Sequence record: JAHBMJ010000146.1
DNA length: 32,000 bases
Direction: 5' to 3' (one strand)
Shown: piece after piece, positions 19,585 through 27,833 of the stretch
Numbering within the stretch: position 1 is the stretch's first letter
How the letters are laid out: each line of letters opens with the position of its first letter
Program-made: the position numbers and the translations under genes
Notes under the pieces: model-generated
Told to the model about the DNA's origin: nothing
The model's input: only the letters and a program-made list of their open reading frames with translations
Databases searched by the model: none

Positions 19585-20238
19585 TCAGCTGTGCGCGAAG
19601 ATGTCCTCGTCGGGCCAGCCCATCAGATCGAGCCGGGCGCGGGTGGGCAGGAAGCGGAAGCAGGCGTCAGCCTCGCGGGTGCGTCCTTCCCGTTCGAGCC
19701 GGAACACCAGCGCGTCCATCAGCGCGTGCAGGTGCAGCACATCGCTCGCCGCGTAGGCGAGTTGCGCGTCGGTGAGCGTCCCGGCCGCCCAGTCGGACGA
19801 TTGCTGCTGCTTGGAGATCTCGACATCGAGCAGTTCGCGGACCAGATCCTTGAGCCCGTGCCGGTCGGTATAGGTGCGGGTCAGCTTGGAGGCGATCTTG
19901 GTGCAGAAGACCGGCTGGGTCGACACGCCGAAGGCCTTTTCGAGCACGGCGATGTCGAACCGGCCGAAGTGGAAGATCTTGGTCCTCTTGCGGTCGCGCA
20001 GGAGCCGGACGAGGTTGGGGGCGCGCTTCTGGCCGCTGGCGATCTGGATCACGTCGGCGGTGCCGTCGCCGGGCGAAAGCTGGACCACGCACAGACGGTC
20101 GCGGTGCGGATTGAGCCCGAGCGTTTCGGTGTCGATGGCGATCCGGTCGCCGTAGCGCGCGACCGCGTCCTCGCTCAGATCGCCCCTGTGCAGCCTGATC
20201 GCCCCGCTCGCACCGCCACTTGCCCCACCACTTGCCAT
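19585..20238 (-). CDS. Small RNase D-like 3'-5' exonuclease (DEDDy family)
   Basis: 217 aa from the ATG at 20238, with AAGGGGA upstream. The Exo motifs are IAIDTETLGL (I), HFGRFDIAVL (II) and YAASDVLHLH (III, Y-x3-D). An N-terminal (GGAS) repeat is encoded by an imperfect 12-nt tandem repeat at about 20206-20236. Confidence 0.85.
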   Translation of the reverse strand: MASGGASGGASGAIRLHRGDLSEDAVARYGDRIAIDTETLGLNPHRDRLCVVQLSPGDGTADVIQIASGQKRAPNLVRLLRDRKRTKIFHFGRFDIAVLEKAFGVSTQPVFCTKIASKLTRTYTDRHGLKDLVRELLDVEISKQQQSSDWAAGTLTDAQLAYAASDVLHLHALMDALVFRLEREGRTREADACFRFLPTRARLDLMGWPDEDIFAHS

Positions 20239-20401
20239 GACCGTCCCCTTGTTCGCGTGCGCCGCTTGTATGAGCCGCCGCCGCAAAGCTCAAGGCGCGA
20301 TCGCCGCGGGAAAGGGGTGTCCGATGGCCGAGGCACCTCAGCGCCGATCCTACGCGGGCGGGGCGAAGCATCAGCGATCCGGCGCGAATGGAAGTCGCCG
20401 G

Positions 20402-21352
20402 CTACGCGAAGACGATCCGGGGCAGGTAGAACGAGACCACCCAGTTGGGCGCGTCGACGATCTCGGAGATCCGCAGGTCACCGCACACCGAGCACAAGAC
20501 ATAGGCGTCCTCGGGCGGCATTTGCCGCCAGGCGCCGAGATGATCGATCATGCCGGATACCGCATCGCGCGCAGCGGCCATCAGGTCCGGGCCGATTCCG
20601 GTGGTCACCTCGTAGCCGGCACCGTCCAGATGGCGGGTCACCGGGCCGGGCGTCGAAAAGCGCGGAAAGCGCGGCGCGGCGTCCTTGATCAGGTCGACCC
20701 TGACCGTCAGATCCATGGCGCTCTCGATCGCCGTGCCGCACACCTCGCCATCGCCCTGCGCGGCATGGGTGTCGCCGGCCGAAAACAGCGCGCCCGCCAC
20801 CTCGACCGGGAGGATCAGCTCGGTGCCGGCGGCCAGATCGCGCACGTCCATGTTGCCGCCGACACGGCGCGGCGGGATGATGGCGTGCCGGCCGGGCGCG
20901 GCAGGGGCGAGGCCGATCGTGCCGACGAAGGGCTTGAGCGGCACGCGCGCATGGGCGCCGAGCAGGGCCGGCTCGCGCGCGGCGCGGTCATGGTCCCAGA
21001 GCTGCAGATGCGGGTCGGGGAACTGGTCGGCGAGCAGGCCGAAGCCCGGAATCAGCGCGCTCCAGCCGAAGCCGGACGGGGCGAGATCGACGATCGTCAC
21101 CTTCAGCGCGTCGCCCGGCTCGGCCCCGTCGACGTGAAGCGGCCCGGTAACCGGATTGACCGCATCGGCGTCCATCGTCGCGATGTCGGCGGCCGTGCTC
21201 TGCGGCGTGTAATGGCCGCCGGCCGCATCGAGGCATTCGAGCGTGATCGTTTTGCCCGGCGCGATGCGGGCGACCGGTTCGATCGCATTGTCCCAGCCGC
21301 AATGGTGATGGGCGCTGTGGATGGTGCGCCAAGGGCCGCCGTGATCAGCCAT
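20402..21352 (-). CDS. Acetamidase/formamidase family amidohydrolase
   Basis: 316 aa with FmdA/AmdA-type blocks (HHHCGWDN near the N-terminus, GGNMDVRDL, GDTHAAQGDGEVCGTAIE). Its start overlaps the end of the GntR gene by 8 nt. Confidence 0.87.
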   Translation of the reverse strand: MADHGGPWRTIHSAHHHCGWDNAIEPVARIAPGKTITLECLDAAGGHYTPQSTAADIATMDADAVNPVTGPLHVDGAEPGDALKVTIVDLAPSGFGWSALIPGFGLLADQFPDPHLQLWDHDRAAREPALLGAHARVPLKPFVGTIGLAPAAPGRHAIIPPRRVGGNMDVRDLAAGTELILPVEVAGALFSAGDTHAAQGDGEVCGTAIESAMDLTVRVDLIKDAAPRFPRFSTPGPVTRHLDGAGYEVTTGIGPDLMAAARDAVSGMIDHLGAWRQMPPEDAYVLCSVCGDLRISEIVDAPNWVVSFYLPRIVFA

Positions 21353-22139
21353 TGTCGCTCCGCCCCGGCCGCGCGCGCATCGCGGCCCGTTCGAGCATAT
21401 ACTGTTCGGCCTCGACCATGTGCTCGTGCATGATCGCGCGGGCGGCGTCGACGTCGCGCGCCCGGATCGCGCGCAGAAGGCGGACCTGATAGTGCAGGCC
21501 GGCCTCGCGCAGGCCCGGATTGGGCTGCTGGTAGATCTGCCGGCACACCGTCATGTCGCGCAGAAGGCCGAGCATCAGAAAGGCGATCAGGCCGAACAGC
21601 CGGTTGGACGAGGTGCGCGCAAGTTCGGCGTGGAAGTCGAGTTCGGCGAGCCGCTGGCGGTATTCCTCCTCGGCCGAGGCCGGTTCGCGCTCGTAGAGCC
21701 GCACGGTGGCCCGCAGCGCCTCGAAGGCCGTCTCGGCAATGCCGGTCCGGGCGGCTTCGGCGGCGATCGCCGGTTCGATCATCTTGCGCACCGCATAGAT
21801 GTCGGCGATCGAGGGCGGATCGAACACGAACAGATTGTTGAGCATGCCGAGCGCGTGGTTCTCCTCGACCGCGCTGACGAAGGCGCCGCCGCCGGGGCCG
21901 GTGCGGGTGGCGATCAGGCCCTGGAACTCGAGGATCTTCATCGCCTCGCGCAGCGTGCCGCGCGAGGCGCGCAGAGCCTCGTCGGCGAGCCATTCGGTCG
22001 GCACGCGCTCGCCGGGCTGAAGGTCCGACTGCATGATCTTGTCGCGGATGGCGTCGGCGATCATGTCGGGCCGCTTGCGCCGGCGCGTCGGCGCGGGCGG
22101 CGGCGGCAGGTCGAGCGGCCCGGTGGCGTTGCCCGTCAT
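21345..22139 (-). CDS. GntR-family transcriptional regulator (FadR/FCD subfamily)
   Basis: 264 aa from the ATG at 22139. It has an N-terminal winged HTH (IADAIRDKIMQSDLQPGERVPTEWLADEALRASRGTLREAMKILEFQGLI) and a C-terminal FCD-like helical domain (DFHAELARTSSNRL). The start forms an ATGA overlap with the upstream ATPase stop. Confidence 0.88.
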   Translation of the reverse strand: MTGNATGPLDLPPPPAPTRRRKRPDMIADAIRDKIMQSDLQPGERVPTEWLADEALRASRGTLREAMKILEFQGLIATRTGPGGGAFVSAVEENHALGMLNNLFVFDPPSIADIYAVRKMIEPAIAAEAARTGIAETAFEALRATVRLYEREPASAEEEYRQRLAELDFHAELARTSSNRLFGLIAFLMLGLLRDMTVCRQIYQQPNPGLREAGLHYQVRLLRAIRARDVDAARAIMHEHMVEAEQYMLERAAMRARPGRSDNG

Positions 22140-23125
22140 GCGGCCGCGTCCCCGTGCGGGTGATAGCATGCAGCGCGGTGGCGAGCGTCATCGGGCGCTG
22201 CCTCGAGCGGCGGCATGGCCGAGGTGCAGATTTCGGTGCCGCGCGGACAGCGCGCGAAGAAGGGGCAGCCCGGCGGCGGGTTGTAGGGGTCGGGCAGTTC
22301 GGTCTCGGCGTCCTCGGGGATCAGCGACTTGCGGCCGGGCGCGGGGGCCGAATTGAGCAGCAGGTGCGTATAGGGATGGCGCGGCCGGCCGAACACGGCG
22401 CGGGCCGCCCCGACCTCGACGATCCGGCCGAAATACATCACCGCGACCCGGTCGGAAACGCTTTCGACCACCGACAAATCGTGGCTGATGAAGACGTAGG
22501 TCAGACCGAACCGGTCCTTGAGATCGTCGAGGATGTTGAGCACCTGCGCCTGCACCGACACGTCGAGCGCAGAGACCGGCTCGTCGAGCACGATCAGCCT
22601 GGGATCGGCGGCGAGCGCCCGCGCGATGCCGATGCGCTGCGCCTGTCCGCCGGAGAATTCGTGCGGATAGCGATCGAGGAATCCCGGCGCCAGATTGACC
22701 GCGTCCATCAGTTCCTCGAGCCGTTCTTCGCGCCCCTGCGCATCGAGATCGGTCAGGTGCTTCAGCGGCGCTTCGAGGATGGTGCGGATGGTCTTGCGCG
22801 GATTGAGCGAGGCGACCGGGTCCTGGAACACGTACTGCACGTCACGCGACAGGCGCCTGAGATCGCGGCCTGCCTCGGCGGCCAGATCACGGCCATCGAA
22901 CGTGATACGGCCGCCGGTCGGCCGGTCGAGGCCGACGATCATGCGCGCGAGGGTGGACTTGCCGCAGCCCGATTCGCCGACGACGCCGAGCGTCTCGCCG
23001 GGCCGGACGTCGAGCGAGACGTCCTGGACGGCGTGGACGGCGGGCCGTTCGCCGCCAAGCAGGGTGCGTCCGCCGCCGAAGGTCTTGTCGACGCCCTCGA
23101 TGGTCAGAAGCGCGGCTTCAGACAT
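22136..23125 (-). CDS. Peptide/nickel-type ABC transporter ATP-binding protein (DppF/OppF-like)
   Basis: 329 aa with Walker A GESGCGKST, the signature FSGGQAQRIGIARAL and Walker B LIVLDEPVSALD. A C-terminal Opp/Dpp-type Cys-rich extension is present (GCPFFARCP...C...ACYHP). Confidence 0.93.
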   Translation of the reverse strand: MSEAALLTIEGVDKTFGGGRTLLGGERPAVHAVQDVSLDVRPGETLGVVGESGCGKSTLARMIVGLDRPTGGRITFDGRDLAAEAGRDLRRLSRDVQYVFQDPVASLNPRKTIRTILEAPLKHLTDLDAQGREERLEELMDAVNLAPGFLDRYPHEFSGGQAQRIGIARALAADPRLIVLDEPVSALDVSVQAQVLNILDDLKDRFGLTYVFISHDLSVVESVSDRVAVMYFGRIVEVGAARAVFGRPRHPYTHLLLNSAPAPGRKSLIPEDAETELPDPYNPPPGCPFFARCPRGTEICTSAMPPLEAAPDDARHRAACYHPHGDAAA

Positions 23126-25058
23126 CGCGGTCGTCCCCGGTCAGCGGGTGGATGCAGCGCACCGTGCGGCCTTCGCCCAGTTCGGTCAGCCCGATCGGCG
23201 CGGCGCGGCAGTCGGCCTGCGCGCGCGGGCAGCGCGGCGCAAACGCGCAGCCCTCGGGCAGATCGTTGACCATGGGCGGGCGGCCCTCGATCGCGTCGAG
23301 CCGGCGGTCGGACTCGCCCAGCACCGGCACGCAGTCGATCAGCTTGGCCGTATAGGGGTGGGCTGGAGCGGAGAGGATTTCCTCGGTCGTGCCGGTCTCG
23401 ACGAACTGGCCGGCATACATGACGGCGACGCGATCGCAGATGGCCGAAACGACGCCGAAATCGTGGGTGATGAACAGGATGCCCGTGTCGCGTTCGGCGC
23501 GCAGCGTGTCGAGCAGCGACAGCACCTGCGCCTGCACCGTGACGTCGAGCGCGGTGGTCGGCTCGTCGGCGATGATCACCTTGGCATCGTGGGCGAGCGC
23601 CATGGCGATGCACACGCGCTGGCGCATGCCGCCGGACAGTTCGTGCGGATAGGCCTTCATGCGCTCGGCAGGGTTCGGAATGCGCACGATGCGGAGCAGT
23701 TCGACGGCCTTGCGGCCGGCGTCGGCCTTCGAAAGCGGACCGTGCGCCCGGATCGCCTCGACGAGCTGGTCGCCCACGGTGAACAAAGGATGCAGCGTCG
23801 ACAGCGGGTCCTGGAAGACGTGGCTGACCGCCGAGCCGCGCAATTGCCGGATGCGCGCGTCGGACGCCGAGAACAGGTCTTCGCCCTCGAGCAGCGCCAC
23901 GCCGCCGGTGATGCGGCCGGGCGGGCTCGGCACAAGGCCCATGATCGACATGGCCGAGACCGACTTGCCCGAGCCGCTCTCGCCGACGATGCCGAGGCAC
24001 TCGCCCCTGCCGACGCGCATGTCGACGCCGCCGACGGCCCTGTAGACATCGCCGCCGAGCCGGAACTGGGTGTTCAGGTCGCGCACGTCGAGCACCGCGT
24101 CGGGATCGGGCGCGACATCGGGCACGAGGCCCTCGCGCATCACCGCGGTTCGGGCGACGGGCCGCGACAGCGCGCCGGACTTCAGGCGCGGGTCGAGCAC
24201 GTCGCGCACGCCGTCGCCGAGCAGGTTGATGCTCATGACGAGCACGAAGATCATAAGGCCGGGAATGATCGAGACGTGCGGCGCGGTGAACAGGATCTTG
24301 CGGCCGTCGCCGAGCATCGAACCGAGGTCCGCCTGCGGCGGCTGTGCGCCAAGGCCGAGGAACGAAAGGCCGGCCGTCTCGAGGATCATCCAGCCGACGG
24401 TGGTCGACATGGTGATCACGATCACCGGCAGCACGTTCGGCAGCACCTCGATGAACAGGATCTGCGCGTGGCTCTTGCCCGAAAGGCGGGCCGCGTCGAC
24501 GAATTCGCGCCGGGCGAGGCCGAGCGTGATGCCGCGAATGTTGCGCGCGAAGAAGGGGATGTTGACGACGGCGATGGCGTAGAGCGCGTTCAGAAGGCCC
24601 GGCCCGAGCACCGCGACGATCGCCAATGCAAGAAGGATGTAGGGAAAGGCCATGACCATGTCGATGCCGCGCATCAGCACCGTATCGACGCGGCCGCCCG
24701 CATAGCCGGCGACCAGGCCGATCAGCGAGCCGAAGAAGGCGGCGATCAGCGTCGCCGAGATGCCGACGGCGACGCTGACGCGGGTGCCCCAGATCAGCCG
24801 GGAGAGGATGTCGCGGCCGAGCGCATCGGTGCCGAGCAGATGGCCGTCGGCAAGCGGGCGGAGCAGGCGGTTGGCGGGCGCCGTGGCATCGGGGTCGGCG
24901 AGCGGCAGGATCGGCGCGGCGAGCGCGATCAGCACGATCGCGGCAAGGACCACGAGCCCGGCGGTGGCGAGCGTGTTGTTGAGCAAAAGGCGGGTGGCGC
25001 TCGGTCGGCCGGAGGGCTTTCTGGCGGGCTGGATCGGGGCGCTTTCGACGGCGGTCAT
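23118..25058 (-). CDS. Fused ABC transporter permease (DppC-like) and ATP-binding protein (DppD-like)
   Basis: 646 aa from the ATG at 25058. The N-terminal half has about 6 TM helices and an EAA-loop region ([26 protein letters not shown]). The C-terminal half has Walker [10 protein letters not shown], the signature [15 protein letters not shown], Walker [12 protein letters not shown] and a Cys-rich tail (GCAFAPRCP...C...RCIHP). Confidence 0.9.
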   Translation of the reverse strand: MTAVESAPIQPARKPSGRPSATRLLLNNTLATAGLVVLAAIVLIALAAPILPLADPDATAPANRLLRPLADGHLLGTDALGRDILSRLIWGTRVSVAVGISATLIAAFFGSLIGLVAGYAGGRVDTVLMRGIDMVMAFPYILLALAIVAVLGPGLLNALYAIAVVNIPFFARNIRGITLGLARREFVDAARLSGKSHAQILFIEVLPNVLPVIVITMSTTVGWMILETAGLSFLGLGAQPPQADLGSMLGDGRKILFTAPHVSIIPGLMIFVLVMSINLLGDGVRDVLDPRLKSGALSRPVARTAVMREGLVPDVAPDPDAVLDVRDLNTQFRLGGDVYRAVGGVDMRVGRGECLGIVGESGSGKSVSAMSIMGLVPSPPGRITGGVALLEGEDLFSASDARIRQLRGSAVSHVFQDPLSTLHPLFTVGDQLVEAIRAHGPLSKADAGRKAVELLRIVRIPNPAERMKAYPHELSGGMRQRVCIAMALAHDAKVIIADEPTTALDVTVQAQVLSLLDTLRAERDTGILFITHDFGVVSAICDRVAVMYAGQFVETGTTEEILSAPAHPYTAKLIDCVPVLGESDRRLDAIEGRPPMVNDLPEGCAFAPRCPRAQADCRAAPIGLTELGEGRTVRCIHPLTGDDRDV

Positions 25059-26002
25059 CAGCGCAGCCTCGGATCGAGGATGGTCTGAACCACATCGGCG
25101 GCCAGGTTGAACAGCACGTAGGCGGCGGCGACGACGAGGACGCCGCCCTGCACCAGCAGGAGGTCGCGCGTCGAGATGGCGGTGACCAGCATCGAGCCGA
25201 TGCCGGGCCACTGGAAGACGGTCTCGATATAGACCGCGCCGCCGAGCACGAAGCCCGCCTGGATGCCGATCACCGGTATGACGGTGACGAGCGCGGCCTT
25301 GAAGGCGTGCTTGTAGATGACGTTGCGCTCGCTCAGCCCCTTGGCGCGGGCGGTACGGATGAAGTCCTGGCGCAGCACTTCGAGCATGGCGGTGCGCGTC
25401 AGGCGGGCGATGACGCCGGTGGCGACCACGGCGAGCGTCAGCGCGGGCAGGAACAGATGATGCAGCAGGTCGGGCAGATCACCGCCGCCGAAGATCGAAT
25501 ACATGCCCGAGGCGGGGAACCAGCGCAGATTGACGGCGAAGACCAGGATCAGCAGCAGGCCGAGCCAGAAGGAGGGGATCGAGATGCCGATCAGGACGAT
25601 GAAGGTGATCGCCTTGTCGGCCCAGCCATACTGGCGCACGGCGGAGATGACGCCGGCGATCAGGCCGAGCACCGAGCACAGGACGAGCGCGGTGCCGGCG
25701 AGGATCAGCGTGGCGTTGAAACGCTCGAGCACGATGTCGAGCACGGGCCGGTTCTGCATGTAGGAGCGGCCGAGATCGCCCTGGAACAGGTTGCCCAGCC
25801 AGATGAAGTATTGCTGGACCAGCGGCTTGTCGAGGCCGAGGTCGCGATTGAGCTTTTCGACGTTCTCGGGGGTGGCGAAATTGCCCAGGATCGCCTGGGC
25901 CGGATCGCCGGGGATCAGCGCCATGATGGCGAAGACGATGATGGTCAGCCCGAACAGGACGGGAATCGCGGCGAGCAGACGCTTGGCGATGTAGGCGATC
26001 AT
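25058..26002 (-). CDS. Peptide/nickel-type ABC transporter permease (DppB-like)
   Basis: 314 aa with the typical DppB/OppB N-terminus (IAKRLLAAIPVLFGLTIIVFAIMALIPGDP) and an EAA loop (TARAKGLSERNVIYKHAFKAAL). Confidence 0.93.
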   Translation of the reverse strand: MIAYIAKRLLAAIPVLFGLTIIVFAIMALIPGDPAQAILGNFATPENVEKLNRDLGLDKPLVQQYFIWLGNLFQGDLGRSYMQNRPVLDIVLERFNATLILAGTALVLCSVLGLIAGVISAVRQYGWADKAITFIVLIGISIPSFWLGLLLILVFAVNLRWFPASGMYSIFGGGDLPDLLHHLFLPALTLAVVATGVIARLTRTAMLEVLRQDFIRTARAKGLSERNVIYKHAFKAALVTVIPVIGIQAGFVLGGAVYIETVFQWPGIGSMLVTAISTRDLLLVQGGVLVVAAAYVLFNLAADVVQTILDPRLR

Positions 26003-26023
26003 GCTGGCTTACCCCGCGCCGTC

Positions 26024-26093
26024 ATCCCGGGGCTCGGCCCCGGGATCCATGCTGGTTGCGGCCTGACTGAGTTCCGGGGACAAGCCCCGGAAC
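26024..26093 (-). repeat. Pair of related GC-rich stem-loops in the SBP-permease intergenic spacer
   Basis: Hairpin 1 is ATCCCGGGGC / GCCCCGGGAT (26024-26046), a 10-bp stem with a 3-nt loop. Hairpin 2 is GTTCCGGGG / CCCCGGAAC (26071-26093), a 9-bp stem with a 5-nt loop. Both share a CCGGGG...CCCCGG core. Confidence 0.55.
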
Positions 26094-26140
26094 GAGGTCC
26101 GCGTTCGGGCGGATATCGCCGCATGAGGCGTCCCCGGCGC

Positions 26141-27700
26141 CTATTGCGGCTTGGCGACGTCCTGCAGCATCAGGAAGAAGGACGGCTGCAGCTTGAAGTC
26201 CTCGACCGCCGCCGTGGTCACCGCGTTCTGCTTCCAGTTGGCGACGAACACCCAGGGCGCGTCCTCCTGCACGATCTCCTGCATCTGCTTGTAGAGCTCG
26301 GCGCGTTCGTCCTGATCGGTGGCGCGGCGCGCCTGTTCGAGCAGGGCGTCGACCTCGGGGTTGGAATAGTAGCCCGAGTTGAAGCCGCCCTCCTCGGGCC
26401 AGGCCTCGGTGCGCAGCGCCAGGAAGGGCAGCGTGTCCGGATCGTTGGTCATCCACGCCATCTCGGCCATGTCCGCCTTGCCCTCGAGGCCCGGGTTCAC
26501 GCGTCCAAGGAAGGTGTTCCACTCATAGGTCTCGATCTCGACATCCATGCCGACCGCCTCAAGGTCCGCCTGGATCGCGGTGCCCATGGCGACCGGATCG
26601 AGCATGCCCGAGCCGCCCTCGGTGACGTAGAAGGTGACCGTCTCGCCGTCATAGCCGGCCTCTTCGAGCAGTTCGCGGGCGCGGTCGGGATCGTGCGGAT
26701 AGGGCTCGAGTTCCTCGTTGTAGGCCCAGGCGAAGGCCGGCGGGGTCGGGCCGGCGGCCACTTCGGCGGTGCCCTGCAGGATGTTCTCGACGATCGCCGT
26801 CTTGTCGATGGCGTAGTTGGCGGCCTGGCGCACCGCCTTTTCGGCGAACGGGCCTTCCTTCATGTTCAGGATCAGGAACCACACGTGCGGGCCGGCCTGT
26901 TCGTAGACATTGAAGTCGCCGCCGTCGCGGAACTGGGCGAGGCTGTCCGGCGGCACCTCGACCATCACGTCGATGCCGCCCGACAGCATCTCGGCGATGC
27001 GCGTGTTGGCGTCGGTGATCGGCCGGTAGACGATGCCTTCGAGATCGGGCGCCCCGTCCCACCAGTCGGCGTTGCGCTGGATGGTGACCTGGGTGTTGGG
27101 CTCCCACTCGACGAAGGAATAGGCGCCGGTGCCGGAGGGGTTGCGGCCGAAATCGGCGCCATGCTCCATCACCGCCGCCGGCGAGACGATCAGGCCGGTC
27201 GGATAGGCGAGGTTGGACAGGAACGGCGCATAGGGCTCGCCGAGCCGGAACTCGACGGTGAACTCGTCGATCACCGTGACCTCCTCGACGGCCGAGAAGT
27301 AGAAGGCCAGCGGGAACGGTCCGGTGTCGTGATAGGGGTGGTCCTCGTCGAGCATGCGGTCGAAGTTGAACTTGACCGCCTCGGCGTTGAAGGGCGTGCC
27401 GTCATGGAAGGTCACGTCCTGGCGCAGGGAGAAGGTGTAGACGGTGCCGTCGTCGGACACTTCCCAGCTTTCGGCGAGCGAGGGTTCGGGCTCCAGCGTG
27501 CCGTCCCTGTAGCGCGTCAGCCCGTCATAGAGGTTCACCAGGATGCGGAAATCGTTGACCGCCGTGACCGCGTGCGGGTCCAGCGACTTGGGTTCGGCGA
27601 TCTGGCCCACCACCAGGACGTTGGGCGGGGTCTGGGCGACGGCGGGCGCCGATATCGCCAGCGCCGCCGCGGTGAGCGCCGCAGCCAGGAAATGCTTCAT
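26141..27700 (-). CDS. ABC transporter substrate-binding protein, family 5 (DppA/OppA-like), secreted
   Basis: 519 aa from the ATG at 27700, with a strong AAGGGAGA ribosome-binding site 6 nt upstream. The signal peptide is MKHFLAAALTAAALAISAPAVAQ. Length and blocks are typical of SBP_bac_5 (LDPH near the N-terminus, YRDGTLEP, FHDGTPFNAEAVKFN). The longer ORF reaching 27931 is not supported. Confidence 0.92.
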   Translation of the reverse strand: MKHFLAAALTAAALAISAPAVAQTPPNVLVVGQIAEPKSLDPHAVTAVNDFRILVNLYDGLTRYRDGTLEPEPSLAESWEVSDDGTVYTFSLRQDVTFHDGTPFNAEAVKFNFDRMLDEDHPYHDTGPFPLAFYFSAVEEVTVIDEFTVEFRLGEPYAPFLSNLAYPTGLIVSPAAVMEHGADFGRNPSGTGAYSFVEWEPNTQVTIQRNADWWDGAPDLEGIVYRPITDANTRIAEMLSGGIDVMVEVPPDSLAQFRDGGDFNVYEQAGPHVWFLILNMKEGPFAEKAVRQAANYAIDKTAIVENILQGTAEVAAGPTPPAFAWAYNEELEPYPHDPDRARELLEEAGYDGETVTFYVTEGGSGMLDPVAMGTAIQADLEAVGMDVEIETYEWNTFLGRVNPGLEGKADMAEMAWMTNDPDTLPFLALRTEAWPEEGGFNSGYYSNPEVDALLEQARRATDQDERAELYKQMQEIVQEDAPWVFVANWKQNAVTTAAVEDFKLQPSFFLMLQDVAKPQ

Positions 27701-27769
27701 GACGGTCTCCCTTTCTGAACTGCCCGCAATTAATCCGCAAAATTTGCCCGTTGGCAAGGATTTATCATG

Positions 27770-27781
27770 ACAAATATTTGT
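27770..27781. promoter_or_regulatory. Perfect 12-bp palindrome in the divergent promoter region (candidate operator)
   Basis: ACAAATATTTGT lies at 27770-27781, inside the most AT-rich stretch of the window, between the divergent SBP operon and the M20 hydrolase gene. A second near-palindrome, GCAAAATTTGC, lies at 27737-27747. Assigning them to the operon-encoded GntR regulator is inference. Confidence 0.3.
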
Positions 27782-27833
27782 GCATTGATAGCGGTGGAGA
27801 CGGGACCATGCATGCAATGACGACGGCAAACCG

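Noticed and set aside
22695-27718. Long plus-strand ORFs (22695-25088 at 797 aa and 25307-27718 at 803 aa) and the alternative minus-frame ORF 23104-25095 (663 aa) across the ABC transporter operon
   Set aside because: These are shadow or out-of-frame ORFs of the SBP, permease and ATPase genes. Their translations are Arg/Asp/Gly/His or Arg/Pro/Ala repeats without motifs. The chosen frames carry Walker A and B, the ABC signature, EAA loops and a signal peptide.
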